Below, one piece after another: positions 9,208-16,160 of a stretch of DNA of 32,000 bases; the stretch's first letter is position 1; every line of letters begins with the position of its first letter. Position numbers and translations under genes: made by a program. Source of the stretch: an uncultured Mycoplasmatota bacterium (lineage in GTDB: Bacteria; Bacillota_I; Bacilli_A; RF39; UBA660); NCBI GenBank assembly GCA_948465965.1, contig CAOJYR010000001.1:40353-72352 (forward strand), read 5' to 3'. Under the pieces are notes generated by a model. That model was given only the letters and a program-made list of their open reading frames with translations. It searched no databases and had not been told where the DNA came from.

Positions 9208-9510
9208 TCCGTTCGTAGAGATATCAGAGATTGAAGAGTACGTTAAAGCTGGGCGAGCACCACCATCGCGTTTAATAACATCGATGTCGTATCTATAACC
9301 ATTCTAGTAAACGACGCGCGCGTCATTATCCTGATCATCAGAACTTGTCCAATACCATCCTGTCCTATCCGCTAAAGTATTATTACTATGGTCAACATAA
9401 TAATCATCATCGACATAAGCGCCCAATAAAATTGAAAAATCTGTTACAGCCGCCTTTGTACCTCTTTTTTTTATAATATTAATTGGATTATTAAAATATT
9501 GATTTTTACA
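9208..9510 (-). pseudogene. DGR variable-region module (KAAVTDFSILLG...GWYWTSS...ARPAL) in frame with the AAA+ ORF, interrupted by TAG at 9306-9304, with no canonical start
   Basis: My translation: CKNQYFNNPINIIKKRGTKAAVTDFSILLGAYVDDDYYVDHSNNTLADRTGWYWTSSDDQDNDARVVY*NGYRYDIDVIKRDGGARPALTYSSISDISTNG, followed by VSRRADDG of the AAA ORF. The pseudogene label is provisional. Confidence 0.6.
9249..9322 (-). repeat. DGR variable repeat (VR)
   Basis: 74-nt match to 10763-10836 with 11 mismatches (9267, 9268, 9275, 9282, 9284, 9288, 9291, 9297, 9298, 9304, 9309). Each mismatch faces a T on the + strand of the TR, which is an A on the coding strand. Confidence 0.93.
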
Positions 9511-10539
9511 TTATTTGACATCTTTTGGTAAAATTTTCCTTTTAAAATTCAAACTTTCATCTGTATTTTTAACATGATTATAAAATGCATTTTTTCGCAT
9601 ATAAACATAAAAGGAATCTACAATATTCTTATTTTCTAATTTTTCTAGTGTTCGTAAATGTTTTTTCATTCTTGATTTAGAAGATGCTCTAAGTTTCCTA
9701 ATAATCTTTCCACTATCTGTTAGTATATGTCTGTAACCTAAAAAATCAATTCCATCACACACTTTCCCAATCTGTGTCTTTTGATTTAAAGATAATTTAA
9801 GTTCTAAAGAGCAAACTCTCTCTATTTCTTTTAAACATCTACGTAAATATGCTTTATCACGATGTATTAAAATCATATCATCCATATACCGAACATAACC
9901 TTTTATTCTAAACCTCTCTTTAATAAGTCGATCAACTTTATTTAAATATAGTAAAGCAAACCATTGACTAGTCTGGTTCCCCAAAGGTAGTCCAATTTTC
10001 ACATCATTAGGTTGCTGTCGTATCATCTTCTCTATAATCCACATTTCATCATCACTAAAGGATACTTCTTTCAATAATTTAATAAGTATATCATGATTAA
10101 TACTAGGAAAATACTTCTTTATATCACACTTTAAAAAGTAAAAATGATTATTATTCTCTTTTAAATACTCATGGCGCAAAAATTTTTCTAATCTATGAAT
10201 CGCAAAATCAGAACCCTTACCACACCTACATGCAGCATTATCAAATATAAGCTTTGCCTCAATCTTTTCTTTAACCGAATGATCACAAAGACACCTTATC
10301 ACTACTCTATCCTTATAAGGAAGAGCTTCAATTAATCTCTCTTTCGGTTCATAAATATAAAATTCGCGATATTTACCCAATTTATATTCTCTGGTAGTAA
10401 TTTCTTTTATTATCTTACTTATATTAACACTAAGATTAGCTTCAAATCGAATCACCTCACCCTTATGTTGTTTGCCTTTGCGACAATTTTTATGGGCTTC
10501 ATATAAATTTTCAAAAGTAAAAATATCTTCTAATTTCAT
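9511..10539 (-). CDS. DGR reverse transcriptase
   Basis: IGLPLGNQTSQ matches the DGR-type (I/L)GxxxSQ. YMDD catalytic box (VRYMDDMILI). An N-terminal FENLYEAHKNCRKGK region is present. Size of about 340 aa with no maturase or endonuclease domains. ATG 10539 lies 4 nt after GGAGGGAG. Confidence 0.9.
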   Translation of the reverse strand: MKLEDIFTFENLYEAHKNCRKGKQHKGEVIRFEANLSVNISKIIKEITTREYKLGKYREFYIYEPKERLIEALPYKDRVVIRCLCDHSVKEKIEAKLIFDNAACRCGKGSDFAIHRLEKFLRHEYLKENNNHFYFLKCDIKKYFPSINHDILIKLLKEVSFSDDEMWIIEKMIRQQPNDVKIGLPLGNQTSQWFALLYLNKVDRLIKERFRIKGYVRYMDDMILIHRDKAYLRRCLKEIERVCSLELKLSLNQKTQIGKVCDGIDFLGYRHILTDSGKIIRKLRASSKSRMKKHLRTLEKLENKNIVDSFYVYMRKNAFYNHVKNTDESLNFKRKILPKDVK

Positions 10540-10551
10540 AACTCCCTCCAA

Positions 10552-10762
10552 AAAAAGAACACCCCTTATAACCTCTAAAGATAGAATAATCTAACGTTAG
10601 AAAGTGTAAGTGTTCAAATTATTCCACCGCACTAATCTCTCCTAGCGGTTAGAAAAGAGAAAAATCCCTTCACTCTATGGAACTGATATATCTTACTTAA
10701 AATATATTTCTCTGTCCTGTTTTCTAGATTCACGATTTTTGTAAATCTCTTCAAAAGTGAAT
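10552..10762 (-). ncRNA. DGR spacer RNA region between TR and RT (part of the TR transcript)
   Basis: Non-coding and GC-enriched relative to its surroundings. Contains the 8-bp hairpin AGATTCAC/GTGAATCT (10726-10733 with 10757-10764) abutting the TR 3' end, and a CCGC...GCGG hairpin near 10628-10650. Confidence 0.6.
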
Positions 10763-10836
10763 CTGGGCGAGCACCACCATTTCGTTTATTAACATTGTTG
10801 TTGTTTCTATTTCCATTTTAGTTAACGACGCGCGCG
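10763..10836 (-). repeat. DGR template repeat (TR)
   Basis: In the target frame the coding strand reads cgc gtc gtt AAC TAA AAT gga AAT aga AAC AAC AAC AAT gtt AAT aaa cga AAT ggt ggt gct cgc cca. This is the AAY-codon-rich pattern typical of DGR TRs. It is non-coding, between avd and RT. Confidence 0.93.
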
Positions 10837-10924
10837 AGGCAACACGAGGGGGCTCAAGCGACGTAACCACCCTAAAATTAAATTTTTCTCTTAATTAAAA
10901 GCCTTTCGACTTAAAATCCTAAAA

Positions 10925-11503
10925 TCATTTTCTAAATCTTTTATCGTCACTTTTTTTCCAAGCAACAATCAAATTTATAGCATCAGCTGTCTGTAAAGAT
11001 ATCTGCCTATATTGCTTTCTTAAAATACAGCCAGATGATTCCGCAACCATTGCAATATAGCCAAGCATTTTAAGTTTAACAATTGCTTCTTTTTGAAAAT
11101 CTTCACGACGCTTCTTATTTAGATCACTATCCAGTCTTATAAAATTGGCCTGAAGCAAATCTTCTAAAACATCTAAACAATAATTTTGCATTCGATTAAC
11201 AAAAACTCCTCTAAATCTTTTAGGAGATTTCTCTGTAATAGCTATAACATAAGCACATAATTTCTTTACTTTAGTTATAACAATTAAATCATTAGAATTA
11301 AAAGGTATCTTAGAAACACTCTCTAATTCTCTGTCAAAGTCTTCCACCTGCTCTAAAATCTTCTTCTCATTGATTTTTTTATCATTCGCCATCGCAATAG
11401 ATATTTTTGATTCAACTTCATCATCTACACTATTCACGACTTTTACGACTTGTTCTACTTCTTTTGGTATTTTCAAACTACCATCTCTACTAACTTGTAA
11501 CAC
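10925..11503 (-). CDS. avd: Avd-like accessory variability determinant (four-helix-bundle family) with an N-terminal extension
   Basis: The C-terminal ~120 aa (KLCAYVIAITEKSPKRFRGVFVNRMQNYCLDVLEDLLQAN...LKMLGYIAMVAESSGCILRKQYRQISLQ...AWKKSD) resembles Avd and 23S-IVS helical bundle proteins, and the gene sits in the canonical position 5' of the TR. GTG 11503 lies 8 nt after GGAGGG. The track start 11563 falls in a -35 box. Confidence 0.7.
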   Translation of the reverse strand: MLQVSRDGSLKIPKEVEQVVKVVNSVDDEVESKISIAMANDKKINEKKILEQVEDFDRELESVSKIPFNSNDLIVITKVKKLCAYVIAITEKSPKRFRGVFVNRMQNYCLDVLEDLLQANFIRLDSDLNKKRREDFQKEAIVKLKMLGYIAMVAESSGCILRKQYRQISLQTADAINLIVAWKKSDDKRFRK

Positions 11504-11534
11504 TACTACTACCCTCCAAGTTAATTTTAATAAT

Positions 11535-11563
11535 AGTATAATGTAACACAAAAATTTACGCAA
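11535..11563 (-). promoter_or_regulatory. sigma-A-type promoter of the DGR operon (TTGCGT-17 nt-TATACT)
   Basis: -35 box at 11563-11558, -10 box at 11540-11535, spacer of 17 nt, about 30 nt upstream of the avd start. Confidence 0.45.
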
Positions 11564-11638
11564 TAAATATTTAGTTTACTTTTTACAAAAACTATAACAT
11601 AATTCTATTTTAAAACTAAAAAATCTTATAGATAGAAC

Positions 11639-12448
11639 CTATTTTAACTTTTCTACTTCTTCAATGGATAATTTTGTTATTTTAGAAATTGTACCAATAT
11701 CTATTTTTTCCTTTATCATCTCTTTTGCCATATTTATTGTATTGTCTTTCGCACCATCATTATATGATTCTTCTTTTAAAGCTAATTCTTTATCATAAAT
11801 CTCACCAAAATATTCATCATCTAATACCTCATTTACTTCTTTTATATAGTCTTTCATAATTTTTAAGTCTCCTCCCAATTCTTTAGAAGAAATTATATTT
11901 GGCTCTACTAAAGCCAATATAAATCTTTCTGCTTCGGTTAGGTTTTGTATACCTTGATTGTACCATTTTCTCCTTAAATTGGGAATATAGATTTGAATAA
12001 ATATTATATCATTTGAGAGTCTTAATTTTCCTTTATTATTTATTGTATAGATATCTATTACTTTATTATTTCCAACGAATGAAAAGTTATTTAAATTAAA
12101 TTGTATTATTTGCCTATATTTATAAGTGGATTTGTCTTTTCCTCTTTTTACTTTACTTCCATATAATTTGAATGCATAGTCCATGTTCCTCTTTAAATAT
12201 TTCATATTACTATTACTATTACTATTATTATTTACCTCAATATTTATTCTAGCATCATCTATACCCGCTACATAATCACTTCTATATTCCTTATTATTAT
12301 GTTTTTCTTTGTCCAACTCTCCCTTGCTTAACCTTATATTTTCTAACAATTCTTCATAACTTATATCTAGAAAGTATGAAATGAATTTAACACTATACTT
12401 AAGTCTATTTTCATTATAGAAAATAGTATGAAATAGCGTATCAGACAT
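11639..12448 (-). CDS. PD-(D/E)XK nuclease family, putative transposase (Rpn/YhgA-like), island-flanking copy 2, N-terminally shortened
   Basis: Collinear with 4488..5408 (FHTIFYNENRLKYSVKFISYFL...SDYVA...INIEVNNN) and shares identical nucleotide runs such as ggaatatagatttgaataaatatta. Homologous coding-like sequence continues upstream to the recO stop without a start codon. Confidence 0.55.
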   Translation of the reverse strand: MSDTLFHTIFYNENRLKYSVKFISYFLDISYEELLENIRLSKGELDKEKHNNKEYRSDYVAGIDDARINIEVNNNSNSNSNMKYLKRNMDYAFKLYGSKVKRGKDKSTYKYRQIIQFNLNNFSFVGNNKVIDIYTINNKGKLRLSNDIIFIQIYIPNLRRKWYNQGIQNLTEAERFILALVEPNIISSKELGGDLKIMKDYIKEVNEVLDDEYFGEIYDKELALKEESYNDGAKDNTINMAKEMIKEKIDIGTISKITKLSIEEVEKLK

Positions 12449-12532
12449 TATGGATGGTTTTTCTCCCTCCCTTAAACTTTCAATTTTTAAAGTTTTACTT
12501 TTCCTTACATTTTTTATTTTAATATAAAAAAC

Positions 12533-13273
12533 TTAACTAGTTAATTTGTTAAGCTCCCTAATAAAGTTTTTACTTTTTAAATAAATTCCTGTATATCGAT
12601 CATAATAATCATCTAAAAATTGATTAATCTCTTTTACCACACTCTCACTTACATCTAATTTAGTTATATTTTTAATATCAACATAATAAAACAATCTAAT
12701 CATCTTTATTGCTTTATCACTTACCAATGGCTCATTTTGATAACAATTCCGACAGATGTATCCTCCCGCAGTAGAGTCAATCGTTACAATCGCCTTATCA
12801 CTACCACATATACTGCAAAAATCAATAGATGGTCTAACCCCTAAAAAATCTAAAAGTTTTAATTCTAAAATATTAGTAAGAACAATTGGAGAAAAGCCTT
12901 CATCCATTTTTAGTAGTGTATCTTTAAAAAGTTCAAATATCTCCTCATCTTCACTTTCTTTAGTCACCTGATTAACAAGTTCTAAAATAAAAGAGGCATA
13001 ACTTACTCTTTCTAAATCCATTACGATATTAGAAAAAGAATTAATAATATCTACCCCAATTAATGTAGATAGTCCTTTTTCTTTAAAATAAATATGAAAA
13101 GTACCATAAACAAGTTTTCTACTCACCCCACGTAACTTACTTTTCATACTACGACATCCCTTAGACATAATTCCAATAAGACCAAATTCTTTTGTTAAAA
13201 CATTTAAAATCTTACTAGATTCACTATAATTTGTCTCACTTAAAACAATTCCTTCTACTGCTTCTATTTTCAT
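12533..13273 (-). CDS. recO: DNA repair protein RecO
   Basis: OB-fold N-terminus and a Cys4 zinc module (CSICGS...CRNC). Conserved era-yqzL-recO order. Confidence 0.85.
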   Translation of the reverse strand: MKIEAVEGIVLSETNYSESSKILNVLTKEFGLIGIMSKGCRSMKSKLRGVSRKLVYGTFHIYFKEKGLSTLIGVDIINSFSNIVMDLERVSYASFILELVNQVTKESEDEEIFELFKDTLLKMDEGFSPIVLTNILELKLLDFLGVRPSIDFCSICGSDKAIVTIDSTAGGYICRNCYQNEPLVSDKAIKMIRLFYYVDIKNITKLDVSESVVKEINQFLDDYYDRYTGIYLKSKNFIRELNKLTS

Positions 13274-13277
13274 ATAA

Positions 13278-13361
13278 TCACTTCTTCTTTATAACTTGTA
13301 ATAAATTATAATACTTTATATCTCCTGTTTTTTTAAACAAATCCCAAAGTATTTCATCCAT
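13278..13361 (-). CDS. yqzL: YqzL-family micro-protein (27 aa)
   Basis: MDEILWDLFKKTGDIKYYNLLQVIKKK. GAGGTGA lies 5 nt before the ATG. It occupies the same era/recO intergenic slot as Bacillus yqzL. Absent from the ORF track because of its size. Confidence 0.6.
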   Translation of the reverse strand: MDEILWDLFKKTGDIKYYNLLQVIKKK

Positions 13362-13432
13362 TAAAATCACCTCTACATTTCTATAGTGGTGATTATCTAT
13401 TTATATTATACACATTTTTTTAAATTTTTCTT

Positions 13433-14326
13433 TTAATTTTCATCCTCATCCTTAAGTCCAAGTTCTAAAAAGTATTTCTCTTCATCACGCCAATTCTTTA
13501 AAGTTTTAACGTACGTCTCTAAAAATACTTTCTTACCTAAGAATTTTTCCATATCATATCTCGCACGTGACCCTATCTCTTTAAGCATAGACCCACCTTT
13601 TCCAATAATAATTTTTTTAATATTATCACGATCGACTACAATTAATACCTGAATATGCACTAGATTTTCTTCTTCTTCATAACTCTCCACATAACAAGTG
13701 ACACTATGAGGAATCTCTTGTTTCGTTAATTCTAAAACTTTCTCTCTTACTAACTCTGCCATAATAAACCTTGTTGAAACATTAGTTAAATCCTCCTCGG
13801 AATAAATTTTATCCATCTCTGGTAAATATTTTTTCAAACAATGAACTAATTCATCAATATTGTTATTCTTCATTGCAGATATAGGAATAATTTCAGCAAA
13901 GTCATATAATTCTTTTAACTCATTAATTTTTTCAAGTAAAATGGTCTTATCTTTAATTTGATCAATTTTATTTAAAAGTAAGAATACTGGAACGCCCCTA
14001 TCCTTTATTTTATTTAAAATGAAAGCATCCCCCTTACCAAAACCTTTAGCTATATCAATTAAAAATAAAACAACGTCAACACCTTCCGTATTATTATAAG
14101 CCTTCTTATTCATTAAATTGCCTAATTTATGACTGGGTTTATGAATACCGGGTGTATCAATAAAAATAATTTGTGCATCACTAGTATTATAAATACCCTG
14201 TATAACATTACGAGTCGTACCACTAACATTAGAAGTTATAGCAAGCTTCATTCCAAGAAGACTATTTAAAAGGGTACTTTTCCCAACATTAGGACGTCCT
14301 ACTAAACTTACAAAACCACATCTCAT
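13433..14326 (-). CDS. era: GTPase Era
   Basis: G1 GRPNVGKST, G3 DTPG, G4 NKID, and a C-terminal KH domain (IIGKGGSMLK). Confidence 0.95.
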   Translation of the reverse strand: MRCGFVSLVGRPNVGKSTLLNSLLGMKLAITSNVSGTTRNVIQGIYNTSDAQIIFIDTPGIHKPSHKLGNLMNKKAYNNTEGVDVVLFLIDIAKGFGKGDAFILNKIKDRGVPVFLLLNKIDQIKDKTILLEKINELKELYDFAEIIPISAMKNNNIDELVHCLKKYLPEMDKIYSEEDLTNVSTRFIMAELVREKVLELTKQEIPHSVTCYVESYEEEENLVHIQVLIVVDRDNIKKIIIGKGGSMLKEIGSRARYDMEKFLGKKVFLETYVKTLKNWRDEEKYFLELGLKDEDEN

Positions 14327-14712
14327 ATCTCTAAATCCTCACTTCCAAATGGATAAGGGCAAAGTTCCCCAACTTTAAATTCTTTTACTTCTCCCACAGT
14401 ACTATAACATTTGATGGTATCTTCTTTATCAAAGAATTCAGCTATAACCTGACGGCAAGCAAAACAAGGCATCCCTATTCTTCCGTTTCCGACCATTAAA
14501 TTTAGCTCCTGAAAGTCTCCCTTTTTATACCCTGCACTAACAGCACCAAGAATAGCGCTTCTTTCAGCACAAATACAAGCCCCATAACTAGCATTTTCTA
14601 CATTAACCCCACAAAATTCACATCCATCTTTCGTAATAACAATAGCTGCTACCCTAAAATGTGAATATGGGCTATAACTATTTTCTAATAATTTTAATAA
14701 TTTATCTTTCAT
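14323..14712 (-). CDS. cdd: cytidine deaminase
   Basis: CAERSA and PCFACRQ zinc-ligand motifs, size of about 130 aa, start and stop overlaps with neighbouring genes. Confidence 0.9.
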   Translation of the reverse strand: MKDKLLKLLENSYSPYSHFRVAAIVITKDGCEFCGVNVENASYGACICAERSAILGAVSAGYKKGDFQELNLMVGNGRIGMPCFACRQVIAEFFDKEDTIKCYSTVGEVKEFKVGELCPYPFGSEDLEI

Positions 14713-15119
14713 AGTAAACCTCCAATAACTATTACTATCTTTGGCACAAATATAATAAGACCAACAACAGCTGAAATAATAGCCATCATCAAAACCCCAG
14801 CAGCCGCAGTATCTTTAGCAGCTTTCGCTAATGGATGCACTTCAGGAGAAGCAAGATCAACGACATACTCAATCGCAGTATTAAAAAACTCTGCCATCAA
14901 AACAAGTCCAATTAAGACTAAACATATAATAAATTCCAACTTACTAATTCTTAATAAAACTCCAAATATTAAAACTAATATTGCTATAACTGTATGGATC
15001 TTTAAATTCTGCTCTCCAATATAAGCCTGTATAATTCCACTAGATGCATATTTAAAACTATTCCTTAACCTTTTCTTGTCCAATTTAATACTTTTCTTAT
15101 CTTTTGATTCCGCACGCAT
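14709..15119 (-). CDS. dgkA: diacylglycerol/undecaprenol kinase (DgkA family)
   Basis: Three TM segments, the EFFNTAIE motif, and conserved position between ybeY and cdd. Confidence 0.85.
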   Translation of the reverse strand: MRAESKDKKSIKLDKKRLRNSFKYASSGIIQAYIGEQNLKIHTVIAILVLIFGVLLRISKLEFIICLVLIGLVLMAEFFNTAIEYVVDLASPEVHPLAKAAKDTAAAGVLMMAIISAVVGLIIFVPKIVIVIGGLL

Positions 15120-15546
15120 CTAATACTTCCTCCTGCTTTTTAAACATTACCTCTTCTTCTTTTTTTGTCATATGATCATATCCAAGTAAATGATAAAAAC
15201 CATGAACTGCCAAAAAGCAAAGTTCTCTTTCTAAAGAATGCCCATACTCTTCCGCTTGTAAAATAGCTTTATCAATAGATATATATATATCCCCTAAAAC
15301 TCTTAATTCATCACCAACAATAACACTATCATCATCCTCTAAAGCAAAAGTAATAACATCAGTCTCACGATCTATATCACGATAATTTTTATTAAGCTCA
15401 TGAATATACGCATTGTCTACAATAATAACATTAAAATTAACATTACCTAAATTTTCTTTTTTTATCGCATAATCTAAAACTTCACTAACCCTATCCAATT
15501 CTTCTATTTTTTTATCTGTTTGATTAAAAAACTCTACTTTATCCAT
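15097..15546 (-). CDS. ybeY: rRNA maturation RNase YbeY
   Basis: [11 protein letters not shown] zinc motif. ATG 15546 lies 6 nt after AGGAGG; the track start 15570 is less likely. Confidence 0.9.
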   Translation of the reverse strand: MDKVEFFNQTDKKIEELDRVSEVLDYAIKKENLGNVNFNVIIVDNAYIHELNKNYRDIDRETDVITFALEDDDSVIVGDELRVLGDIYISIDKAILQAEEYGHSLERELCFLAVHGFYHLLGYDHMTKKEEEVMFKKQEEVLDACGIKR

Positions 15547-15556
15547 TACTGTCCTC

Positions 15557-16156
15557 CTACAACAAACCAATTAATCCTATTAATATTATAATTGACAAAA
15601 TATCCAAAAACACTTCACTTTTTAATACTTTAGGAAGCTTATCTCCTAATCTATCTAAAATAGCATAAATAAAATAACCTAAAAATCCACCTAAGACATT
15701 AAGGAATATATCATCAACATCAAATACACGCCCTATTACCATTTGTACAAACTCTATAGAACAAGAAGCAATCACTGTAAGTAAAATAGTTAATCCTGGT
15801 TTATCATTTTTTAAATAATAGCTTACAAAAAAACCAAAAGGCAAAAACATTACCATATTACCTAAAACATTCTTAAAAAACAAACGACTTCCTATATTAT
15901 ATCTAAATATCTCTTTAAATGGAATAAAATTATTGCTTGCCCAACTAACTTCATCCTGAAAAGTTACAACCTGGAATAAACAAAGAATATAAATCATAAA
16001 ACTAAGCATTAAAAGTTCCTGATATAAAACGATTCTTTCATGGTTTTTAAAAATATAAGCTAATCTAAAAGACACAATGATAATAGTAGAAATAAGAATC
16101 ATTGGCCATGTAAAATGTACTACACCCTGAATTGTACTAGAAAGACCTCCAAACAA
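15557..16156 (-). CDS. VanZ-family membrane protein
   Basis: Multi-pass membrane protein with a VanZ-like core (SIEFVQ...[17 protein letters not shown]). Confidence 0.65.
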   Translation of the reverse strand: MFGGLSSTIQGVVHFTWPMILISTIIIVSFRLAYIFKNHERIVLYQELLMLSFMIYILCLFQVVTFQDEVSWASNNFIPFKEIFRYNIGSRLFFKNVLGNMVMFLPFGFFVSYYLKNDKPGLTILLTVIASCSIEFVQMVIGRVFDVDDIFLNVLGGFLGYFIYAILDRLGDKLPKVLKSEVFLDILSIIILIGLIGLL

Positions 16157-16160
16157 AATA

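Noticed and set aside
9180-9248. GC-rich hairpin or cruciform just 3' of the VR, as in the Bordetella phage DGR
   Set aside because: Only a weak 6-bp CTCTTC/GAAGAG pairing with a loop of about 30 nt and a short direct repeat ATCTCT were found. This is not convincing.
9304-9513. Stop-codon reassignment (TAG or TAA read as sense) as the explanation for the in-frame stops
   Set aside because: Housekeeping genes in the window end at their expected lengths on TAA or TAG (for example glyQS on TAG, and recO and the RT on TAA), and all long ORFs are intact under the standard code. A recoded genome therefore seems unlikely, although local readthrough is not excluded.
9511-10551. The RT interpreted as a retron, group II intron or Abi/defence-type RT
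   Set aside because: A TR/VR pair with strictly adenine-specific mismatches, an Avd-like gene 5' of the TR, and the (I/L)GxxxSQ motif all identify a DGR. No intron RNA domains, maturase or endonuclease domains, or msr/msd-like inverted repeats were seen.
11504-11563. The N-terminal 20 codons of the track ORF 10925..11563 (MRKFLCYIILLLKLTWRVVV)
   Set aside because: The track start is a TTG that coincides with the -35 box TTGCGT, and the segment also spans the -10 box. GTG 11503 has a proper GGAGGG RBS.
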